Shown one piece after another: positions 27,301 to 39,708 of a DNA stretch of 64,000 bases. The translations under genes and the position numbers were made by a program. Positions within the stretch are counted from its first letter, which is position 1. Every line of letters starts with the position of its first letter. The notes beneath the pieces were generated by a model that did not search any database, was not told the DNA's origin, and saw only the letters and a list, made by a program, of their open reading frames with translations. The stretch lies in NCBI RefSeq assembly GCF_963921235.1, contig NC_086097.1:33110001-33174000 (forward strand), given 5' to 3'. Source of the DNA: Mobula hypostoma. Taxonomy: Eukaryota.

Positions 27301-27711
27301 TAGATAATAAAGATGAGAAAGATGATTTAACATCTTACCCATCTCCTGTACCTCCACATATAAATTGATTGATCTTTGAAGAGGCCCATTCTCTCTTTAG
27401 TTAGTCTTTAGTTCTTAATATACTGTAATTGTAGATTCCTCTTTACCTTATCTGCCAAAGTTGTCTCATGTCCCCTTTGTGCCATCCTAACTTATAAGTG
27501 TATCCCTACATCTCTTACCTTCATCAGCAGATGTTTGTTACTGGCTGTCTATAACTGACAAATTCCTTGTCCCGTATGCTGATCAGTACCTCGATGTTCT
27601 GTGACTTCCAGAGTTTCCTACTTTTGCCTTCACTCTAACAGAAACGTGTTGGGCCTGAATCAGCTTATCTCAATTTTAAAAGCCTCTCCCAGTCAACCTT
27701 TCTATAATGAG

Positions 27712-27980
27712 GTGCCACGATAGTGGTTAGTATGACATAATTATAGCCTGGAGTGTCATTTAGTTCCAGCGCCGTCTGTAAGGAGTTTGTACGTCCTCCT
27801 CATGAACTTGTGTGTTTCCCCTGGGTACTTCGTTTTCCTCCCACAGTCCAAAGATGTATCAGTTAGTAGGTTAATTGGTCATTGTGAATTGTCCTGTAAT
27901 TAGGTTAGCATTAAATGGGTGGATTGCTGGGTGGTGCGACTTGTTGGGTTGGAAGGGCCTGTTCTGTGCCATAAATAAAT
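27712..27980 (+). mobile_element. V-SINE-like element
   Basis: tctgtaaggagtttgtacgtcctcc...ttttcctcccacagtccaaaga body; ataaataaat tail. Confidence 0.7.
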
Positions 27981-28304
27981 GCCATCAAAATTAGCTTGTC
28001 CCAATTTAGGATTTTAGCTTGTGGACCAGGCCCATCTTTTACCGTAACTAATAGAATTATGATCACTGGACCCAAAGTGCTCCCCCACTGACAATTCAGC
28101 CTCTCGTGCAGTCATTTCTCTACCACCTATATGTTATTTCCAGGGACACTGAGTCTCCTTACTCCTCATGATTCTGCATGTGTCTTTTCCAGCCATGTTT
28201 ATGCTCTCTCTGGGGAGGTGTTGGTTCACTATTTTGGTGAAGGGTGTTTTGCTGTTTTAGTTGAGTGCAGCAACAAGTTGATTTCATGTCACTTCTGTTT
28301 TCAG

Positions 28305-28340
28305 AGCAGCAAGAAGGCCTGCTGCATTGGCAAGAGCTCG
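28305..28340 (+). CDS. TTLL5: TTLL5 36-nt symmetric exon, phase 2 to 2: (G)AARRPAALARA(R)
   Basis: cttctgttttcag acceptor and consensus gtaagt donor; frame-preserving; resembles recalled mammalian isoform insert GNPRRSLLTGRTR. Confidence 0.75.
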
Positions 28341-29262
28341 GTAAGTATGTACTAGACTGTGTGAGACTTTGGTAGAAATTGTTATGATCTTAAAAATGGA
28401 GCAGTTCATTATTGCAAAACTTGCAGAGGAGTGCAACATCCTCTCACTTTTTTTTGTTTTTAAATCCTCTTCTCAGGATAGTTAGAACCTTTTCCCTCGT
28501 GTGGAAGTATCAAATATACATGATACACTTAATTGGGACACATCGGGACCAGTGCATTTCGGCCCAATTAGCCAAAGTTTCATGGAAATAGTTTAAAAGG
28601 TATATAAAAAAAACAAACTATCCGTTAACTGAGTAACAAAGTATGTATTTAAATGAATTGCAGAACAAATTAGAATACTACCAATACTTCTACAATACTA
28701 TAAAACTATATTAGTTCTGATTACTTGCCTGTGGAGGAGTTCATTCAGTGTACACTGCTGTGTTATTTTCATGGACTGTAAATGAACAAAATCAGCACAG
28801 ACACCTCATGTAAATAATGAATTGCTTTCATACAATGCTTTTGACTATTGCATCCTCCAAATCTTCATTTTCATTGTAACATTCAAGATGATTGTCAATA
28901 TCTTCAAATTCTTCATAGCCTTTAACTTGTTGAAGTAATGAAATAATTTCATTCTCACACAGCTATTTCTAGCATCTCTAAGTCTGAATTTTTGAAACTG
29001 CAGTGAGCAACGCAGTTATGAATTGTCTTACTGCTTATTTCTCACCACTTATCAGTAACAAAATTCACTGCTTTTTCAACAGAACCACACACAACTGATG
29101 ATATTTAAAAACTGTCACTCTAAACACAGAGTAGTGTCTCATGGCCACACAAGTGCATGCGACTGACTATTTAGATAGAAACTGTTCGGCATATCTCCTG
29201 TCCCAAGAAAGTATCGTATTGTCCCAAATTAACAAAGGGAATCCCAGCTATTTTCACAATTA

Positions 29263-29473
29263 AATGCTGATGGAACGTAGCAGGCCAGACAGCATCCATA
29301 GGAAGAAGCACAGTCGACGTTTCGGGCCGAGACCCTCCGTCCTGACGAAGGGTCTCGGCCCGAAACGTCGACTGTGTTTCTTCCTATGGATACTGTCTGG
29401 CCTGCTGCGTTCCACCAGCATCTTGTGTGTGTTGCTTGAATTAGCAGCATCTGCAGATTTCCTCATGTTTGCA
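29263..29473 (+). mobile_element. Penelope-derived fold-back element with 78-bp inverted arms and a 14-bp TSD
   Basis: Arms 29264-29341 and 29344-29421; TSD tattttcacaatta (29249-29262) / tattttctcaatta (29474-29487). Confidence 0.8.
29339..29372 (+). ncRNA. Minimal type I hammerhead ribozyme motif with intact core
   Basis: GUC-CUGACGA-A-GGGU(CUCG)GCCC-GAAAC-GUC^GAC; predicted cleavage after 29369; helix III reduced to palindromic ACGU. Confidence 0.72.
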
Positions 29474-29759
29474 TATTTTCTCAATTAGTTTTTATTCTTT
29501 AAGAGTTGTCTCAAATAAGCAGCTGCCCCAAGTAACTGGAATCCACTGTACTAGATGCATAGCTTTAAGGTGAGAAGGAGAAAGTTTAAAGTAGATGTGC
29601 GAGACATTTTTTTAGTAAAGAGTACAAGTGTCTAGAAAACGGTATCAGGAGAGGTGTTGAAAGTTGATATGATAGTAAACTTTAAATGACATTTAGTCAG
29701 GCACAAAGACTGAAAGGGAATGGAGGGATATAGACCTGGTACAGGGAGATGGGATTTGA

Positions 29760-30364
29760 CTGGCATCATGAATAACCTCCAGATCATTACGATCTCCAGA
29801 AAGCCATCTCACAGGCAAAGTGGCAATTCCAGACTAAATTTGAATCAATGAAGGATGCTCAACTGGTGTGACTGGGCTTGAATGGCATCACCTCTTACAA
29901 AGTAAAATCACCTGACATAGGTGACAACAACTGTTTGCTTCCAGATGAGTTTAATGCCTTTTATGTTTGCTTTGACCATCAAAACATGGAGAACCATCAC
30001 GAACACCCTCAGCCCCCTACGAGCCTGTGGTTTCAATCTCTGAGACCAATGTGAAAGCATCCTTCTGGAGGGTGAACCCACCCTCTGGCCCTGATGGTGT
30101 CCCTGGCCAGGAACTAAAGACCTGTGCTGATTAACTGGATGGAGTGTTCACTGAGATCTTTAACCTCTCGCATCGGCAGTCTGAGGTACCCACCTGCTTC
30201 AAGCAGGCTTCATTTATACCAGTACGTAAGAAGAATGTGGTAACCCACCTCAATAACTATCATTCAGTAGCACTTACATCCACTATGATGAAGCATTTTG
30301 AAAGGTTAATGATGAAACATATCAACTCCTGCCTAAGAAGTGATTTTGGTCCACTCCAATTTGT
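29760..30364 (+). mobile_element. Rex1/Babar-like LINE, 5' part (continues at ~38940-41915)
   Basis: PDGVP..., VPTCFKQASFIPVRKK...NYHSVALTSTMMKHFERL RT N-terminus. Confidence 0.8.
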
Positions 30365-32892
30365 GAACCTCCAGATGATATGGCAGATAAATGCGTGGCT
30401 GAGGAAATGGTTCAGGGGACAGGAGTTCTGATTTATGGATCATTTGGAGCTCTTCTGGGGAAGGTACGACCTGTAGAAATGGGATGGATTACACCTGAAC
30501 CTGAGGGGAACCAATATATTTGCGGGCAGGTATGCTCGAGCTGTTTGTGAGGGTTTCAACTAATTCGGCGGGGGGTGGTAACAAGATTAATAGTGCTGAG
30601 GATGAGGAAGTTGGATTACAAGCAGTGTGAAGTGAGACTCCTAACAAGGCGAGGCTGATGATAGGGCAATATTGCAGTCAACAGGATGAGCTGCAATGCA
30701 AAAGGCGGACATCATCGAAAAGGGTGAATACAGGACTGAAGGTGTTATGTTTGAATGTGTGCAGTATACAGAATAAGGGAGATGAACTTGTAGCACAGTT
30801 ACAGATTGGCATGTATAACGTTGTAGGCATCACAGAATCGTGACTGAAAGAAGATTATAGCTGGGAGCTTAATGTTCAAGGATACACATTGTATTGAAAG
30901 GACTGGTAGGCAGAAAGGGTAAAAATGTGTTGGTAAAAATGAAATCAAATCATGAGAAAGAGGTGACATACTGTTGAAAGGTGTTGAATCATTGTGGGGA
31001 GAGCTAAGAAACTGCAAGGGTTAAAGGACCTTGATGGGAGTTATATACAGACCTCTGAATATTAGTAAAGATATGGTCTACAAATTACAATGGGAGATAC
31101 AAAATGCATGTCAGAGGGGCAATATTATGACGGTCATGGGAGATTTCAATATGCAGATAGATTAGAAAAATCAGGTTGGTGCTGGATCCCAAGAGTGGAA
31201 GTTCGTAGAATGCCTACGAGATGGCTTTTTAGAGCAGCTTGTTGTTGATTCAACTAGGGGATCAGCTATTTTGGATTGGATGTTGTGCAATTTCTTAGAG
31301 ATCTTACGGTGAAGAAACCCCTAGGGACCAGTGAGCATAATGTGATAGAAATCACCCTTCATTTTGAGAAGGAGAAGCTAAAGTCAGATGCATCAGTATT
31401 ACAGTGGGGTAAAGGCATGAGAGAGGAGCAGGCAAAATTGATTGGAAAAGAACACTGGCAGGGATGATGGCAAAGCAGCAATGACTGGAATTTCTGTGAG
31501 CAATTCAGAAGGTGGAAGATATATACATCCCAAAGAGGAAGAAGTATTCTAAAGGCAGGGTAACATAACCATGGCTGACAAGAGAAGTCGAAAGCCAAAG
31601 AGAGGGGATGTAATAGAACAAAAATTGGTTGGAAATTTCATCATTGGGAAGCTTTTAAAAACCAGTAAGAGGAAACGAAAAAAGTCACAAAGGAAAAGGT
31701 AAACTGGCCAATAATATGAAAGAAAATACCAGAAGTTTTTTCAGGCCATAAAGTGTAAAAGAGAGATGAGGGTAGATATTAGACTACTGGAAAATTATGC
31801 TGGAGAGATAGTAATGGGGACAAGGAAATGGTGGATGAACTAAATAAGTGTTTTGCATCTGTCTTCACTGTAGAAGATACTAGCAGTATGCCGGAAGTTC
31901 GAGAGTGACAGTGGGCAGAAGAGTGTGATGTTGCCGTTACTAGGGAGAGGTTCTTGGGAAATTGAAAGGTCTGAAGGTATCCTGAACTAGCTGGTGTCCA
32001 CCCCAGGGTTCTGAAAGAGGTGGCTGAATAGATTGTGGAAGCATTAGTAATGACCTTTCAAGAATCAATTGACTCCGGCATGGTTCTGGAATAATGGAAA
32101 ATTGCAAATGTCACTCCATTCTTCAAAAAGGGAGAGAGGCAGAAGGAAAAAAATTATAGGCCAGTTGGTCTCACCTCAGTGGTTGGGAAGATGTTGATTA
32201 GGAAGATGTTAGAGTCAATTGCAAAGGATATGGTTTTGGAGTAGTTGGAGGCACATGATAAAATAGGCTGTAGTCAGCATGGTTTCCTCAAGGGAAAATC
32301 TTGCCTTACAAATCTTTTGGAATTTTTTGAACAAATAACAGCAGGATTGTCAAAGAAGAATCGGTGGATGTTGTGTACTTGGATTTTCAAAAGGCCTTTG
32401 ACAAGTTATCATAAAAGGCTGCTTAACAAGCTAAGAGCCCATGGTATTACAGGAAAGATACTAGCATGGATAAAGCATTGGCTGATTGATAGGAGGCAAG
32501 GAATAGGCATAAAGGTAGCCTTTACTGGATGGCTGCTGGTGACTAGTGGTGTCCCACAGGGGTCTGTTGGGACTGCTTTTTAAGTTATCTGTCAACGACT
32601 TGGATGACAGAATTGAGGGGTTTGTGGCCAAATTTGCAAAATACAAAAATAGGTGGAGGGGTAGGTAGTTTTGAGGAAGTAGAGAGGCTACAGAGGGACT
32701 TAGACAGATTCGGAGAATAGGCAAAGAAGAGGCAGATAGAATACAGATGGTCATACACAGTAGAAGAAACAAAAGGGTAGACTATTTTCTAAGTGGAGTG
32801 TTAATTTAAAAAAAAGGTGCAAAGGGACTTAGGAAGCCTAAAGGTTTATTTGCAGGTTGAGTCAGTGGTGAGGAAAGCAAATGTGATGTTAG

Positions 32893-35800
32893 ACCATAAG
32901 ACCGTAAAACATAGGAGCAGATTTAGGCCATTCAGCTCATCGAATCCGCTCTGCCATTTCATTTTGGCTGATCCCGGATTCCATTCAACCCCATACACCT
33001 GCCTTCTCACCATATCCCAACAGAAGTCTATCAACTTCCACTTTTAATATTCCCACGGACTTGGCCTCCACCATAGTCTATGGCAGAACATTCCACAGAT
33101 TCACCATTCTTTGGCCAAAAAAATTCCTCTTTACTTCTGTTCTAAAAGGTGGCCCCTCAATTTTGAGGCTGTGCCCTCTAGTCCTGAATACTGCCACCAG
33201 AGGAAACATCCTCTCCACATCCACGTTATCTAGTCCTTTCAACATTCGGTAGGTTTCAATGAGATCCCCAAGTATTCTTCAAAATTTCAGTGAGTAGAGT
33301 CCCAAAGCTGCCAAATGTCTCTCAGATGTTAACAACTTCATTCCCAGAATCATCCCCATGAACCTGCCTTGGACTGTCTTCAACGACAGTACATCCTTTC
33401 TGAGATTAGGTGCCAAAACTGTTGACAGTACTCCAAGTGCGTGAGTGGGCCAGTGAAGGAGTGGAGCTTTGAGGCTTTGACTCAAGAGGCTTCGACGAGA
33501 AGAGGCGGAGGACAAGCTAGCTCGCAGTTAGTTTTTACACTGTCTCCTGAGATGTTGATGTGCCTCTCATGTGAGATGTGGCAGTCTTGGGGGAACGCCC
33601 CTCTCCCGCAGAGTCACATCTGCCAGAAGTGCATACGGCTGGGCGATATGGAAGACTGTGTAAGGAATCTGGAGCAGCAGCTGGATGACCTTCGACTCAT
33701 AAGGGAGAATGAGGCAGTCATAGATGAGAGCTACAGGGAGGTAGTCACACCTAGGCTGTCGGAAGCAGGTCGTTGAGTGACAGTCAGAGGGGGGAAAGCA
33801 AAGGTGAACAGACAGGTAGTGCAGAGCACCCCTGTAGCCATTCCCCTGAATAATAAGTTTACCATCCTGGATACTGTTGGCGGGGCGACCTACCAGGTGT
33901 GAGCCACGGTGGCAGGGCCTCCGGCACTGAGTCTGACCCTGTGGTTCAGAAGGGTGGGACGGAGAAGAGGAGAGCTGTCGTCATTGGAGACTCTATAGTC
34001 AGGGGAGCAGACAGGAGATTTTGTGGACGTGAGAAGGACACCCGTATGGTTTGTTGCCTTCCGGGTGCCAGGGTCCGGGATGTCTCTGACCGGGTGCACG
34101 ACATCCTGGTACGAGAGGGAAAGCAACCAGAAATCGTGATACATGTTGGGACCAACGACATAGGCAGGAAGAAGGATGAGATCCTGAAGTGTGAGTTTCG
34201 GGAATTAGGCAGAAGGCTGAAGAACAGGACCTCAAGGGTGACGTTCTCAGGATTGCTGCCAGTGCTACGTGACAGAGATGGTAAGAATTGGAGGAGATGG
34301 CAGTTGAATGTGTGGCTGAGGATTTGGTGCAGGGAGCAGGGTTTTAGATTTTTAGATTATTGGGATCTCTTCTGGGGAAGGTGGGACCTGAACAGATAGA
34401 ATGGTTTGCACCTGAACTCGAGGGGGAGCAATATCCTTGCAGATAGGTTTGCTAGCATGATTCGGGAGGGTTTAAACTAATTTGTGAGGGGGATGGGACC
34501 CAGAGCGATAGAGCAGTGAAAGAAGTGCATGGAGTAAAGCCAGATCTAACATACAGAGAGGCTTTGAGGAAAGAGAAGCAGAATAAATGGTATAAAGACA
34601 GTAAGATAGAAGGGCTGAAATGTGTGTACCTCAATGCAAGAAGCATCAGGAACAAAGGTGATGAACTGAGAGCTTGGATACATACATGGAATTATGATGT
34701 AGTGGCCATTACAGAGACTTGGCTGGCACCAGGGCAGGAATGGATTCTCAATATTCCTGGATTTCAGTGCTTTAAAAGGGATAGAGAGGGCGGAAAAATG
34801 GGAGGAGGGGTGGCATTACTGGTCAGGGATACTATTACAGCTACAGAAAGGGTGGATAATGTAGCAGGATCCTCTTTTGAGTCAATATGGGTGGAAGTCA
34901 GGAACAGGAAGGGAGCAGTTACTCTACTGGGGGTATTCTATAGACCCCCTGGTAGCAGCAGAGATACAGAGGAGCAGATTGGGAGGCAGAATTTGGAAAG
35001 GTGCAAAAATAACAGGGTTGTTATCATGGGTGACTTTAACTTCCCTAATATTGATTGGCACCTGATTAGTTCCAAGGGTTTAGATGGGGCAGAATTTGTT
35101 AAGTGTGTCCAGGATGGATTCCTGTCACAGTATGTGGACAGGCCGACCAGGGGGAATGCCATACTAGATCTAGTGCTAGGTAATGAACCGGGTCAGGTCA
35201 CAGATCTCTCAGTAGGTGAGCATCTGGGGGACAGTGACCACCGCTCCCTGGCCTTTATAATTATCATGGAAAAGGATAGAATCAAAGAGGACAGGAAAAT
35301 TTTTAATTGGGGAAAGGCAGATTATGAGGCTATAAGGCTAGAACTTGCGGGTGTGAATTGGGATGATGTTTTTGCAGGGAAATGTACTATGGACATGTGG
35401 TCGATTTTTAGAGATCTCTTGCGGGATGTAAGGGATAAATTTGTCCCGGTGAAGAAGCTAAAGAATGGTAGGGTGAAGGAACCATGAGTGACAAGTGAGG
35501 TGGAAAATCTAGTCAAGTGGAAGAAGGCAGCATACATGAGGTTTAGGAAGCAAGGATCAGATGGGTCTATTGAGGAATATAGGAAAGCAAGAAAGGAGCT
35601 TAAGAAGGGGCTGAGAAGAGCAAGAAGGGGGCATGAGAAGGCCTTGGCGAGTAGGGTAAAGGAAAACCCCAAGGCATTCTTCAATTATGTGAAGAAAAAA
35701 AGGATGACAGGAGTGAAGGTAGAACCGATTAGAGATAAAGATGGGAAGATGTGCCTGGAGGCTGTGGAAGTGAGCAAGGTCCTCAGTGAATACTTCTCTT

Positions 35801-38302
35801 TAGTATTCACCAATGCGAGGGAACTTGATGATGGTGAGGACAATATGAATGAGGTTGATGTTCTGGAGCATGTTGATATTAAGGGAGAGGAGGTGTTGGA
35901 GTTGTTAAAATACATTAGGACAGATAAGTCCCTGGGGCCTGACGGAATATTCCCCAGGCTGCTCCACGAGGCGAGAGAAGAGATTGCTGAGCCTCTGGCT
36001 AGGATCTTTATGTCCTCGTTGTCCACGGGAATGGTACCGGAGGATTGGAGGGAGGCGAATGTTGTTCCCTTGTTCAAAAAAGGTAGTAGGGATAGTCCGG
36101 GTAATTATAGGCCAGTGAGCCTTACGTCTGTGGTGGGAAAGCTGTTGGAAAAGATTCTTAGAGATAGGATCTATAGGCATTTAGAGAATCATGGTCTGAT
36201 CAGGGACAGTCAGCATGGCTTTGTGAAGGGCAGATCGCGTCTAACAAGCCTGATAGAGTTCTTTGAGAAGGTGACCAGGCATATAGATAAGGGTAGTGCA
36301 GTGGATGTGATCTATATGGATTTTAGTAAGGCATTTGACAAGGTTCCACACCGTAGGCTTATTCAGAAAGTTAGAAGGCATGGGATCCAGGGAAGTTTGG
36401 CCAGGTGGATTCAGAATTGGCTTGCCTACAGAAGGCACTGGGTCATGGTGGAGGGAGTACATTCAGATTGGAGGGTTGTGACTAGTGGTGTCCCACAAGG
36501 ATCTGTTCTGGGACCTCTACTTTTCGTGATTTTTATTAACGATCTGGATGTGGGGGTAGAAGGGTGGGTTGGCAAGTTTGCAGACGACACAAAGGTTGGT
36601 GGTGTTGTAGATAGTGTAGAGGATTGTCAAAGATTGCAGAGAGACATTGATAGGATGCAGAAGTGGGCTGAGAAGTGGCAGATGGAGTTCAACCCGGAGA
36701 AGTGTGAGGTGGTACACTTCGGAAAGACAAACTCCAAGGCAGAGTACAAAGCAAATGGCAAGATACTTGGTAGTGTGGAGGAGCAGAGGGATCTGGGGGT
36801 ACATGTCCACAGATCCCTGAAAGTTGCCTCACAGGTGGTTAGGGTAGTTAAGAAAGCTTATGGGATGTTAGCTTTCATAAGTCGAGGGATAGAGTTTAAG
36901 AGTCGCGATGTAATGATGCAGCTCTATAAAACTCTGGTTAGGCCACACTTGGAGTACTGTGTCCAGTTCTGGTCACCTCACTATAGGATGGATGTGGAAG
37001 CATTGGAAAGGGTACAGAGGAGATTTACCAGGATGCTGCCTGGTTTGGAGAGTATGCATTATGATCAGAGATTAAGGGAGCTAGGGCTTTACTCTTTGGA
37101 GAGAAGGAGGATGAGAGGAGACATGATAGAGGTGTACAAGATAATAAGAGGAATAGATAGAGTGGATAGCCAGCGCCTCTTCCCCAGGGCACCACTGCTC
37201 AATACAAGAGGATATGGCTTTAAGGTAAGGGGTGGGAAGTTCAAGGGGGATATTTAGAGGAAGGTTTTTTACTCAGAGAGTGGTTGGTGCGTGGAATGCA
37301 CTGCCTGAGTCAGTGGTGGAGGCAGATGCACTAGTGAAGTTTAAGAGACTACTAGACAGGTATATGGAGGAATATAAGGTGGGGGCTTATATGGGAGGCA
37401 GGGTTTGAGGGTCGGCACAACATTGTGGGCCGAAGGGCCTGTACTGTGCTGTACTATTCTATGTTCTATGTAAGTGTGGCTTGACTAGTGTCTTATAAAG
37501 GTTCAGCATTATCTCCTTGTTTTTATAATCTATTCCCTTTCAAATAAATGCCAACATTTGCTTTCTTTACCACAGACTCAACCTGTGAATTAACCTTCTG
37601 TGAGTCTTGCACAAGGACTCCTAAGTCTCTCTGCACCTCTGATGTTTGAACCTTCGCCCTGCTATTTAAGAACAACTTCTTCTGTGGGACATATCTATCT
37701 TATGCCATGTGAACTCTTGCCAGAAACTCCAACCACCTCTGTTCCGCCATCATCTCCGCAAGTATGCCCTTCCAATCCACCTGGGCAAGCTCCTCTCACC
37801 TGTTTCTGTAATTCCCTTTACTCCATTGCGATACTGATGCATGTGACTTATGCTACTCCCTCTCAAATTGCTGTATGAATTCAATCATATCATGATCACT
37901 GCCTCCTAAGGGTTCCTTGACGTTAAACTGACTAATAAAATCAGGGTTATTGCACAACACCCAATCTAAGACAGCCTTTCCCCTCGTAGGCTCGAGCACA
38001 AGCTGCTGTAAATCTTGTAGGCATTCAACAAATTCCCTCTGTTGCGATTCAACACCAACCTGGTTTTCCCAATCCTCTTGGATATTGAAGTCCCACATTA
38101 CAATTGTGACATTACGCTTATTACATGCCCTTTCCATGGCTGATCTATTTGCAATCTCAACCCCATATCTTGGCTACTATTTGGAGGCCTATATATGATT
38201 CGCATAATTTTTTTTGACCCTTGCAGTTTCTTAACTCCACCCACAAAGATTCGATATTCTCTGACCATATATGAATAGGGTCAGAAATGAATGCTAACTC
38301 TC
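32893..38302 (-). mobile_element. Internally deleted CR1 (32893-33441 and 37472-38302) nested in the plus-strand CR1
   Basis: accataagaccgtaaaacatagg 3' tail at 32893; APE remnant ORF 37853-38137; flanked by the tgttag TSD. Confidence 0.85.
33442..37471 (+). mobile_element. Young near full-length CR1 LINE
   Basis: ORF1 CLSC..CQKC, LEQQLDDLRL, VIGDSIV, HVGTND; ORF2 34516-37257 with one TGA (35485-35487) and one 1-nt insertion near 37255; (TTCTATG)n tail; TSD aagtgcg / aagtgtg. Confidence 0.95.
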
Positions 38303-39494
38303 TGTTAGTATTCATTTCGAGAGGACTAGAATATAAAACCAAGGATGTAATGTTGAGGTTTTATAAAGCACCTGTGAGGCCTCTCTTGAAGTATTGTGAG
38401 CAGTTTTGGGTTCCTTATTTAAGAAAGGATGTGCTGACATTGGAGACGGTTCAAAGGAGATTTACGAAAATGATTCTGGGATTGAAAGGCTTGTCATATG
38501 AGGAACATTTGATGGCTCTGGACCGCTACTCACTGGAATTCGGAAGATTGAGGGGTGTCCTCATTGTAACCTATCATACCTTGAAAGGTCTCAGTAGAAT
38601 GGATGTGGAGAGGACGTTTCCTATGGTAGGGAGTCTAAGACCAGAGGACACATCTTCAGAATAGTGGGGTGTCCTTTTAGAATGGAGATGAGGAGGAATT
38701 TTTTTAGCCAGGGAGTGGTGGATCTGGAATTCATTGCCACAGACAGCAATGGAGGCCAAGTCATTGGGTATATTTAAGGCAGAGATTGATCGATTCTTGA
38801 TTATTCAGGGCATGAAAGGATTCAAGGAGAAGCCGAAAGACTGGAGCTGAGGGGAAAAATAGATCAGCCATGATGAAATGGTGGCGCAGATATGTTGAAC
38901 CAAATGGCCTAATTCTGCTCCTATATCTTATGATTAAGACCCTGTTTTGATTACTTTTTGTGCATTTGGATTCTTGATTTCCTCATTCATAGACCTCAGT
39001 CAGTTCAGATTGGCAACAGCATCTCCACCACAATCTCCATCAGCACAGCTGTACCACAAGGCTGTGTGCTTAGTCCTCTGCTCCCCTCATTTTATACTTA
39101 TGACTGTGAGGCTAAGCACAGCTCCAGTGCCACATTTAAGTATTTAAGTTTGCTGACGACACCACTGTCGTAGGCTAAATCAAGGAGGGTGACGAATCAG
39201 CACTTAGGAGGGAGATTGAAAATCTGGCTGAGTGGTGCCACAACAACAACCTCTTACTCAATGTTAGCAAGAGCAAGGAACTGATTATTAATCTCAGGAG
39301 GAGAAAACCAGAGGTCTATGAGTCAGTTCTCATTGGGGGACCAGAGGTGGAGAAGGTCAACAACTTTAAGTTCCTCGGTGTTATCATTTCAGAGGATCTG
39401 TCCTGGGCCCAGCACATAAGTGCAATTACGAAGAAAACGTAACAACGCCTCACTTCCTTTGAATTTTGTGGAGATTCGGCATGTCGTAGATGTG

Positions 39495-39708
39495 CAACAC
39501 ACATAAAAGTTGCTGGTGAACGCAGCAGGCCAGGCAGCATCTCTAATTACTAGCTCTTCTTTCAGTTAGTCCTGTCGAAGGGTCTCGGCCCGAAACGTTG
39601 ACTGTACCTCTTCCTAGAGATGCTGCCTGGCCTGCTGCGTTCACCAGCAACTTTTCTGTATGTTGCTTGAAATTCCAGCATCTGCAGAATTCCTTGTGTT
39701 TGCGTTCT
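39495..39708 (+). mobile_element. Penelope-derived fold-back element with a mutated hammerhead motif in its loop
   Basis: 52-bp arms (39494-39545, 39615-39666); AGTC-CTGTCGA-A-GGGTCTCGGCCC-GAAAC-GTT-GACT at 39568-39603; TSD gtagatgtg (39486-39494, 39709-39717). Confidence 0.8.

Larger units (their letters stand above)
28515..29550. mobile_element. Non-autonomous Tc1/pogo(Tigger)-like DNA transposon; terminal motif CAGTGGATTC flanked by TA
   Basis: Right end ggaatccactgta; the same terminus tacagtggattc at ~51117 and cagtggattcc at ~63839 is followed by homologous sequence; left end degenerate. Confidence 0.6.
30365..38935 (+). mobile_element. Degenerate CR1 (30365-32892 and 38303-38935) split by nested insertions
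   Basis: ORF1 end, APE and RT remnants; reading resumes at tgttagtattcatttcgagagg; TSD tgttag at 32887-32892 and 38303-38308. Confidence 0.85.

Noticed and set aside
29264..29421. Pre-miRNA or DNA-transposon MITE
   Set aside because: The hairpin is asymmetric within the element, TSDs are 9-14 bp and variable, and it carries a hammerhead core; a Penelope-type origin fits better. Small RNA production is not excluded.
29260..29488. Near-identical ORFs on both strands (MLMERSRPDSIHRKKHSRRFGPRP)
   Set aside because: A consequence of the palindrome, not coding.
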